Shown here: positions 29,190 to 36,054 of the stretch, piece after piece
Position numbering within the stretch: the first letter of the stretch is position 1
Layout: each line of letters opens with the position of its first letter
DNA from: Promethearchaeota archaeon
GTDB taxonomy: Archaea > Asgardarchaeota > Lokiarchaeia > Sigyniarchaeales > SOKP01
DNA length: 36,054 nucleotides
Direction of reading: 5' to 3'
Assembly: GCA_016930515.1 (NCBI GenBank)
Contig: JAFGGO010000088.1
Location: 1 to 36,054, forward strand
The notes under the pieces: generated by a model
Told to the model about the DNA's origin: nothing
The model's database searches: none
The model's input: the letters and a program-made list of their open reading frames with translations, nothing else
Made by a program: the position numbers and the translations under genes

Positions 29190-29468
29190 TTAACTCTTTT
29201 TCAGTTCTAAAGATTTTATTTGTGAATGTTTTAAAGCCACATTCTCACAATTTTCGAGTTTGATGCGTTTAGTATGGATGTCTTCAACTAAGAGATGTTC
29301 CTTAGAATCTGAAATTAGAATCACTAAATTGCTGAAAACTAGAATATAATTGTCTAACATTACATGAGGTTCTTCGTTCGTTCCCTTCCCTGTTAGTTCA
29401 AAACTGAAAGAAGAAGAATCCTCGGTTCTCGTTTTAGCTTTATTATCTATTGAAATCGTTATTTTCAT
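29190..29468 (-). CDS. Truncated paralog of 29565-30212
   Basis: MKITI, F.LTGKGT...P, ISDSKEHL.V, KLE.CEN..L.H shared with the neighbour. Confidence 0.65.
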   Translation of the reverse strand: MKITISIDNKAKTRTEDSSSFSFELTGKGTNEEPHVMLDNYILVFSNLVILISDSKEHLLVEDIHTKRIKLENCENVALKHSQIKSLELKKS

Positions 29469-29564
29469 GGATATCAATCCTAAAAATCAACTCACATATT
29501 TAAATCAGCGTGGTTGAAAAGTGAATAGAACCTCTAATTGAAAAAAATATGATTAGGAAAAGTT

Positions 29565-30212
29565 TTAAAGGTTATAACCTCCCCATAAGGTCCAACCCGT
29601 AACCTTACAATTTACTCGCGATGTGTTTTGAGTTTCAACTTCTTTAATGCTTCCTGCTTCTACACATTCAAAAGAAAGATCGTTAGAATTTAAGATCTTG
29701 AGTTCTTTTTCAATCACACTATCTTGAATTTTACATCTAGAACAGTTATCTAATACTAATGTTCTGGATCTCAAGTTTTTTAATTCCATGAGAGAAGTGT
29801 TTTCTATTTTAGATTCGCTTATTTTTGTTTTTCCTGCCTCCACATTTTCTAGCGAAAGGTCGTTAGAATTCAAGATCTTGAGTTCTTTTTCAATCGCTAT
29901 ATCTTGGATTTTACATTTTGTGCAGTTATCGAGGTTTAGTGAATTTGTTTTTATGTGTCTTAAAATTAGATTTTCACAACTCTCGAGTTTAAAACCAGTA
30001 ACTTGGACGTTATCAACCACGAGATGCTCCTTAGAGTCTGAAATGTGAATCTCCATGACCGTTAAGCTCCGAATTGGGATCTCTGGGAACAAAATAAAAG
30101 GATCCTGTTCCGTTCCCTTTCCCGTTAATTGAAAATTTAAAGAATGAAAAAGAGGAATATTTATCCTATGATATATATTTCGTTTTCCCATTATGTTAAT
30201 CGTTATTTTCAT
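29565..30212 (-). CDS. Beta-solenoid repeat protein with an internal 60-aa-period duplication
   Basis: LTGKGTEQDPF; LDNC..CKIQD..IEKELKILNSNDLS.E.VEAG occurs twice (DNA 29651-29750 and 29831-29930). Confidence 0.7.
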   Translation of the reverse strand: MKITINIMGKRNIYHRINIPLFHSLNFQLTGKGTEQDPFILFPEIPIRSLTVMEIHISDSKEHLVVDNVQVTGFKLESCENLILRHIKTNSLNLDNCTKCKIQDIAIEKELKILNSNDLSLENVEAGKTKISESKIENTSLMELKNLRSRTLVLDNCSRCKIQDSVIEKELKILNSNDLSFECVEAGSIKEVETQNTSRVNCKVTGWTLWGGYNL

Positions 30213-30329
30213 AATTAGTCTTATAAGTTCACATATTCTTAAATTAATATAGTTGAAAAGTGAAAAAAATCATTTTAATATTAATTGAGAACCTAAATAT
30301 TTTTTAATGGAGAAAGCAACCTTTTATGT

Positions 30330-31898
30330 ATGAAGTTCTTGTCTGATGATAAAATACCTGCCGAAGAAGTAGGCGTTTTAGACAACAATTCCGAATGGTT
30401 GGGAATTCCAAAAAGTCACCTCATGGAATGCGCGGGATTTTCGTTTACGAGCGAAATTATCAATCGCTATAAATTGGAAAGTAACAATAAAGTTGCCATT
30501 TTTTGCGGAACCGGAAACAATGGAGGAGATGGGTTCGTCGTTGCCCGCCACTTGGCCGCTTTTGGAATAAAGTCTTACTTGATTTTAGTAGGATCTCAAG
30601 AACAAATTCGAACCCCCGAGGCTCGACTTAATTGGGACATCGTTTCAAAAAGCTTGATTTATTCAGTTGCTATAAAAGTAACCAAAGACTCTAGCGAATT
30701 GAGCGAAGTAATTAATACGATAAAAAAAGAATCGTCTTTTAAATTAGTGATAGATGGGTTATTAGGAACTGGAATCCGAGGACAGATTAGAGAACCCATA
30801 TCCTCTGCCATCGATGCGATCAACGATTTGAAGAACACCAACCAAAAACGATTAAATGTGGTTTCCATTGATGTTCCTTCGGGAGTCGACCCTAACACGG
30901 GAAAGGTTCCAGATAAAGCCGTAAAAGCCGATTTGTTGATCACATTCCATAGAAACAAGATAGGCCTAAAAGAAGGCTCAGATAACGCTCTTAATATAAT
31001 CATAAATTCGATCGGCATCCCTCAAGAAGCTAATCTATTCGTGGGAAAAGGAGACGTGCTACCCACGCTCAAGATGAGAGCATTAAATGTCCATAAAGGA
31101 CAGTTTGGGAAAGTATTAGTCGTTGGGGGATCAAGAGACTATTCGGGGGCTCCTGCGTATTCCACGCTAGCTTGTACCCATTTTGGTGTTGATTTAGTGA
31201 AGACTTATGTTCCAGAATCAATTGGAAATGTCTTGAAAAATTATTCTCCAAGCATTATAGTTCGAAATAGTCCTGGAGATTACTTTACCTTGAAGGCGTT
31301 AGAAGGAGGCATAAAGTTGGCAGAATGGGCGGACGCGATATTAATCGGACCAGGAATGGGCGTTGAAAAAGATACTCAAGAGTTCTTGGTAGAATTCTTG
31401 AAAAATCTTGAAAAGCAGGATAAACCCATCGTTTTAGATGCAGACGCTCTAAAATTAATAAGAAATAATCTCGAATTGATAAAAAACAAGAATATAATTC
31501 TCACTCCACACGCGGGAGAATTGAAGATTTTAACGGGTATGGAGCTCCCTTCTTTCGATGCGATCGACGAAAGATATAGTAAGGTAATGCAACTTGCGAA
31601 AAAATTAAGTATCACGTTGTTGATTAAAGGTCCTTTTGATTATATAAGCGATGGTACCAGAGTTAAGATTAATCGAACAGGTTGCCCAGAAATGTCAATC
31701 GGAGGAACCGGAGACGTTCTTGCGGGATTATGTGCTGCCTTATGTGCTTTAAGAAACGATACATTTTCATCGGCATGTTCGGCAGCGTTTTTAAACGGTT
31801 ATATAGGTGAATTCTGTAAGAAAACTATCGGTCCTCGATTTACAACTTCAGACATGATCTTGAAAATAAATAAAGCGATAATGATTTTTCAAAATTAA
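30330..31898 (+). CDS. nnr: Bifunctional NAD(P)HX epimerase/dehydratase
   Basis: LMECAG, GTGNNGGDG, DGLLGTG, SIDVPSG; HKGQFGKVLVVGGS..YSGAP, IGPGMG, LDADAL, LTPHAGE, GGTGDVLAG. Confidence 0.95.
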   Translation: MKFLSDDKIPAEEVGVLDNNSEWLGIPKSHLMECAGFSFTSEIINRYKLESNNKVAIFCGTGNNGGDGFVVARHLAAFGIKSYLILVGSQEQIRTPEARLNWDIVSKSLIYSVAIKVTKDSSELSEVINTIKKESSFKLVIDGLLGTGIRGQIREPISSAIDAINDLKNTNQKRLNVVSIDVPSGVDPNTGKVPDKAVKADLLITFHRNKIGLKEGSDNALNIIINSIGIPQEANLFVGKGDVLPTLKMRALNVHKGQFGKVLVVGGSRDYSGAPAYSTLACTHFGVDLVKTYVPESIGNVLKNYSPSIIVRNSPGDYFTLKALEGGIKLAEWADAILIGPGMGVEKDTQEFLVEFLKNLEKQDKPIVLDADALKLIRNNLELIKNKNIILTPHAGELKILTGMELPSFDAIDERYSKVMQLAKKLSITLLIKGPFDYISDGTRVKINRTGCPEMSIGGTGDVLAGLCAALCALRNDTFSSACSAAFLNGYIGEFCKKTIGPRFTTSDMILKINKAIMIFQN

Positions 31899-32263
31899 TC
31901 AAATCGATTATCTTGGGGAATTTCAAGTAGATCAGCAAGTTTCTCTTTCTTCTCAGCCATTAATGGGCCTGCTGCGGCCGTTGCGGGTCCAATGGAACCC
32001 ATGCCTAATTTTTGATGGATTTCCCAGTAGTAGTTTTTGTATATTTCGATTTTTTTCTCGTGATATTGTTCGCTATCCATCCTTGCCCGTTCGATGATAT
32101 TTTCAGCAATAATTTCCAGCTCGGCTAATCTTTCTCGTATGGATTCTCCCGTAATATCCCTTCCAGTCACTGGGTCGATAATTCTTTGAATCATATCTTC
32201 TTGAGGTATTTTTTCTTCATTATCGTTCAATTTTAAATCCATCTCAATCTCGTAATATTGCAC
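31895..32263 (-). CDS. Hypothetical protein
   Basis: Protein-like open frame (IDPVTGRDITG; GMGSIGPATAAAGP); convergent overlap with the nnr stop. Confidence 0.6.
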   Translation of the reverse strand: MQYYEIEMDLKLNDNEEKIPQEDMIQRIIDPVTGRDITGESIRERLAELEIIAENIIERARMDSEQYHEKKIEIYKNYYWEIHQKLGMGSIGPATAAAGPLMAEKKEKLADLLEIPQDNRFD

Positions 32264-32325
32264 AATGGAGAAAAGTATGATATTAATATTTTATACAAAT
32301 TAATTAAATAAAAATTTGAATACAT

Positions 32326-32658
32326 TTAGGTTAATCGAAGTGATGGCCATTCAATCCGCTGTTGCCGACATTTAGGGCACTTTGAGGGAATTTTAATTTC
32401 GTTCTTTTTATATACGAAAATGTATCCGCAAGCAATGCAACGTGCTGGCTCAAGTTTCAGAAGCTTATTGTTATTGCGTAATGATATCGAAACGCTTTTT
32501 ATATCGGCAATCAATTGCTTCTTACTCGAATATTCCATTTGCCTCATGTAAAACTTTAAATCGCGAATTGAGCCTTGTTCAACTAATCTTTGCGCTAGTA
32601 TTTGGCGTTTTGTTTTCCATTCGTTAGAATGATTTATTTGATCGCTATTTTCAGTCAT
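32326..32658 (-). CDS. HTH + Zn-ribbon transcriptional regulator (COG3357-like)
   Basis: TKRQIL, PARCIACGYIF, PSKCPKCRQQRIEWP; probable start MTENS at 32658, right after the upstream stop. Confidence 0.8.
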   Translation of the reverse strand: MTENSDQINHSNEWKTKRQILAQRLVEQGSIRDLKFYMRQMEYSSKKQLIADIKSVSISLRNNNKLLKLEPARCIACGYIFVYKKNEIKIPSKCPKCRQQRIEWPSLRLT

Positions 32659-32659
32659 T

Positions 32660-33442
32660 TTAATCAACCCATTTATATACATGTGAGATAGACTGAGATC
32701 CCGCTTGTTGAATCCTTCCTTCAGTGTTTTGTTCCACCAGATGCCACCCATGTAATTTAATTGTTTTATGTTCTATATGGCAGATCTTTCCCCTTACAAA
32801 TTGCTTTCGAGGAGTATTAATCAATTCGTCTGCAATATGAGAATTTCCAATCGAATCTTTCCCAATTCTCTGCTTTTTAAAAATTACATCCACATCTCCA
32901 TTCATCTCTTTTTCGATTTCTTCCAACTCTTTAGTCGAGGCGGGAAGAAAAAACCATTCTCCTTGTCTTTTAATTCGATTTGTGTTTTTTTCCCGTTTTG
33001 CAACGCTTTTGGGCTTGAGAATTCGATGAGCGTCATTAACCTTGTTAATCGGTCCTAAATCGCTTGGAAGTTCTGCGATAAAAAGATGGGACTCGTCCAT
33101 TCCCATTAAATATTTTCTTAACACATCAGGGGTGGTTTGGGTTACTTCGTCGTATTTTCTTTCTGTTGGGTTCCAAACGGTTACTTTATAGTCGCGAGAG
33201 GGTTCCTTAACCATGAGTATCACTTGTTGGTGTTTAAAGTTTGCGTCAATCACTCGAATATCGTTTTCTTCGTGGCCTCGATAGATTCGAAAGTATTCCG
33301 ATTTTTTCTTTTTACCTCTTGTATCGATGGACATTTGAAAAACATCTCGGTTATTAACTCCAAATCTATGAGTTGTTAAGGGATCTCTTTCGATTTTTAA
33401 GGGAACCATTGCTTTTTGAAACCACAGTTTTATATCTTGCAT
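32660..33442 (-). CDS. Hypothetical protein with RQGEWFF and His motifs
   Basis: LMGMDESHLFIAEL, RQGEWFFLP, SHIA, VRGKICHIEHKTIKL..WH...QNTE. Confidence 0.7.
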   Translation of the reverse strand: MQDIKLWFQKAMVPLKIERDPLTTHRFGVNNRDVFQMSIDTRGKKKKSEYFRIYRGHEENDIRVIDANFKHQQVILMVKEPSRDYKVTVWNPTERKYDEVTQTTPDVLRKYLMGMDESHLFIAELPSDLGPINKVNDAHRILKPKSVAKREKNTNRIKRQGEWFFLPASTKELEEIEKEMNGDVDVIFKKQRIGKDSIGNSHIADELINTPRKQFVRGKICHIEHKTIKLHGWHLVEQNTEGRIQQAGSQSISHVYKWVD

Positions 33443-34069
33443 GTTATTTATTTATTCGTTAATATTTTCCTAAATCACATAATGCTTCGATTATATTTAA
33501 GTTATCTGGTTTTTGTGCTACGCAAAAAGGTTTTACGCTAGCCTAAAATCAACTGAGCTTTACAAGATAAGATATTGTCAATTAAATTACTAAACCAATC
33601 TCAATATTATCTTAATTAAAGGATCAATCCATAATAAAGAATAATTTACGAGAAGTATGATGATTTATCGTAAAATAACTGACTCTATCTAAATATCGAT
33701 TCAATTCGATTCCGATGAATGTTTTCCGACCTCATGGCTTGGAAAAGCCACGCCGTTCACTATTCCATTCCCATACGGAAAAAAATTTTTATTCTAAAAA
33801 GAAGAGAAGAACAATGAATTGACTTTTCACTACAAAAAAGACTTAATTGTCTTGCTTTTCCAATCCATTCAAAATTTTCTTTCATTTTTAATCATACTAA
33901 AAAGTGTTGTTATAACACAAAATTACTCCTTATTATTTAAATTGTCTTCTTTCCAGACTCGAAATTCCCATTTTTGTGGGTACTCGGGTAATTTATTAGT
34001 ATTTATTTTGATAAGTATGATATTTTAAGAACATAAAGGTAAAAACAATATAAATATAAAAAAAAAATA

Positions 34070-34612
34070 TTATTGGAGCGAGATAGTAAGGGATGTGTGA
34101 TAAGCCAAGCTACTACCTAATATTGTCCTGTCAGAATTATCGCTACTATCAAAAAAAGCCACGAGTCGAACAAGGATTCCTGCGTCCAGCCAAACGACAT
34201 CTGAAACTGTAACACTTATCCATTCATCGTCGATCGAAGCGTGAGCGTATTCTACTTTAGCAATACTGTTATTTACAGATAAAATTGCCGAGAAAGTATC
34301 TTGATCCTGAATTCCCCCACCAAAAGCTATTGAACCTATTATTAAATAATAACCCGATATGGGCGCTCTATAAGAGTCTTCCGTAAGATCAAAATTATTT
34401 CCAGGATCGTAAGATTCGCTTGAAAAATCAACTCGATGCATTGAGACTTCGTCCAAATTAGAAATATCTGCTAATACATAAGCCCTAGCGTTAGTAGCTG
34501 GAGGTGATTCGCTAACTTTTGGCATTAAGGTAGTATAAAATACTAAACCAGCACTAACAATTGCTAATATTAATGCTATAACGGCAATGACGGTCCCTTT
34601 ATTATTACCCAT
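34070..34612 (-). CDS. Membrane-anchored C1q/TNF-like domain surface protein
   Basis: NNKG + TM helix; VDFSSESYDPGNNFD...APISGYYLI.GSI; WLDAG..V.L. Confidence 0.75.
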   Translation of the reverse strand: MGNNKGTVIAVIALILAIVSAGLVFYTTLMPKVSESPPATNARAYVLADISNLDEVSMHRVDFSSESYDPGNNFDLTEDSYRAPISGYYLIIGSIAFGGGIQDQDTFSAILSVNNSIAKVEYAHASIDDEWISVTVSDVVWLDAGILVRLVAFFDSSDNSDRTILGSSLAYHTSLTISLQ

Positions 34613-35213
34613 TCTAACTTATCCTCTGATTATTTTTACTTTAAATTGCATTCAAGAATACTTACTAAATATTTGAAAGTATTACAAATAAATTTTTTCA
34701 ACCCTCTTGATACTTGTGAGATTTCCTCAAGTAATATAATTGTTAATTAGTTAATTCCTGAATTAATGACGATATTTCATAAAATTGTGATTTAATAACT
34801 AAATCTAAATCAAGAGAAATGGCCCTTATCTTTTATTAAATTGACTAATAGCATTATAAAGCGCTAGATCTATAATATCTTAATAGTACGGGGATTATTA
34901 TAAGACTTTCAAGCGAGTTAACGTTTCTTATGATATTAATCTAGTTGCTAAAGCCTTTTACGAAATAAAATATAGATTCAATAAAATTCTACTTAGATAC
35001 CAGCCTTCCCTCAATTAAATTCTATATGCAGACGATTGAATTCTTGAATAATCTATACTTCAAGGTAATTTATATCAAAATGCTTTTTCGTGTTAATCTA
35101 ACTCTAAAAGAGTGTAAAAAATAAATTTATTAAACTCTAGCGTTATTATTTATGTAAATATATCATAAAATTATCACTTTTCATGTGTAAAAAACATTCG
35201 AGGAAATTCTTAG

Positions 35214-36029
35214 ATGACACAAGTATTCAAGGTTAATCCCGACGGTACGACCACGGAACTTACTGCCGATAGACCGATAAAAGACATCATGAGCACTGAA
35301 GAAGTATATGTAATAGTTGCGGATGATATACGAAAGATATTCTTGTGGTTAGGAGAAAAAAGTAGCGTTAGGTTGAAGTTCGTCGGAGCCAAGCGTAGTC
35401 AAGACATTCGAGGTCAAGTCGGACTTCATTACGGTTCCCAGTCCATAGACGAAGGAAACGAGCCACCAGAACTTATAAAACTCATGGGAGGAAAAACTGA
35501 AGCAGGAATTGCCCAAGAAATAAAATCAGATGAGGGAGGAGCTCCCGCTGTTAATCCCTTGAGACAAAAAGCTATTTTTGATCCTCCCCGTCCTGCTGAA
35601 GGGATGAATATAGCGGGAAGTAGGGATAGAGCTGCAACGAATACCGGACCGCTCTACACGGAATCGGGGGGCATCTACCAATTCGTTCAGGAAGATCAGC
35701 AAGTCAATTTCGATCAGATAATGCAAAAATTAGAAGAGATCAAAACTCCCTTAGGATACGAAAGGGAATTGATTATTGTGGGAAATCACGCATATTCTAT
35801 TGTTGAAAAAGTTCAGACCTTTTTAGGCAAGAAACAAGTTGAAAAGGTAATGGAAAAGGTTGGGACGATTCCCGAAGGCGTATTCTTTGCTGAAGATTAC
35901 TCGCCGCGAGTGCTTTCTGAAAACGGAAAGATATTAGCCATTGAATTTTTGAAACGCCAGGCGACTACAAGCCAATCCAAGAGCAAGTCGGAAATTCTAA
36001 AAGATCAAATTAAAAGCCAATTAGGTTAA
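35214..36029 (+). CDS. Asgard-type gelsolin-domain protein with a C-terminal unknown domain
   Basis: EVYVIV....KIFLWLGEKSS...KF.GA.....IR....IDEGNEPPEL fits a gelsolin/villin repeat; followed by a low-complexity linker and a second domain. Confidence 0.75.
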   Translation: MTQVFKVNPDGTTTELTADRPIKDIMSTEEVYVIVADDIRKIFLWLGEKSSVRLKFVGAKRSQDIRGQVGLHYGSQSIDEGNEPPELIKLMGGKTEAGIAQEIKSDEGGAPAVNPLRQKAIFDPPRPAEGMNIAGSRDRAATNTGPLYTESGGIYQFVQEDQQVNFDQIMQKLEEIKTPLGYERELIIVGNHAYSIVEKVQTFLGKKQVEKVMEKVGTIPEGVFFAEDYSPRVLSENGKILAIEFLKRQATTSQSKSKSEILKDQIKSQLG

Positions 36030-36054
36030 AAAAATTTTTTATCATAGTTCTCTT

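Noticed and set aside
32659-32751. N-terminal extension of the Zn-ribbon regulator called from 32751
   Set aside because: It overlaps the upstream gene; ATG at 32658 fits the family length and coupling better.
33710-33755. SECIS element
   Set aside because: ATGA is present but there is no matching GA on the 3' arm, and no upstream same-strand gene with in-frame TGA.
1464-35726. Many short antisense or alternate-frame ORFs in the track (e.g. 1464-1739, 7243-7707, 13933-14253, 15073-15420, 30659-31018)
   Set aside because: They are shadows of well-supported genes with no independent motifs.
1-36054. CRISPR array, rRNA, provirus
   Set aside because: No regularly spaced repeats, rRNA-like sequence, integrase or capsid genes seen.

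Overview
AT-rich archaeal chromosomal window, most likely from an Asgard archaeon (Lokiarchaeia-like). The basis is a gelsolin-domain protein, archaeal-type CoaD, EF-2- and P1-derived genes, a geranylgeranyl reductase and BHB-type tRNA introns. Housekeeping genes (nfi, coaD, RNase Z-like, FAD oxidoreductase, nnr, tRNA-Met, tRNA-Thr) alternate with accessory segments. Most striking is a cluster at 3692-6080 built from translation-machinery parts: a stand-alone EF-2 domain IV; a GTPase-less EF-2 (domains III-V, diphthamide His lost) fused to an unknown ~70-aa domain; and an unannotated, disrupted ribosomal stalk P1/L12-like gene that appears to have been fused to a second copy of that domain. 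An orphan antitoxin-like gene and an OLD-family nuclease follow. Other notable items: a tRNA-Met(CAT) hidden by two introns; a cassette-turnover hotspot downstream of it (HEPN-MNT, antitoxin relics, DUF2262, a displaced 3' end of the neighbouring gene, a 27-bp repeat); an IS1634 element; a B12-radical SAM / isoprenoid-synthase-like / C-S lyase / GGR cluster; and four surface proteins sharing a prepilin-like 'KG + hydrophobic' leader with C1q or beta-helix heads. All family assignments come from motif recognition by eye, not from database searches.
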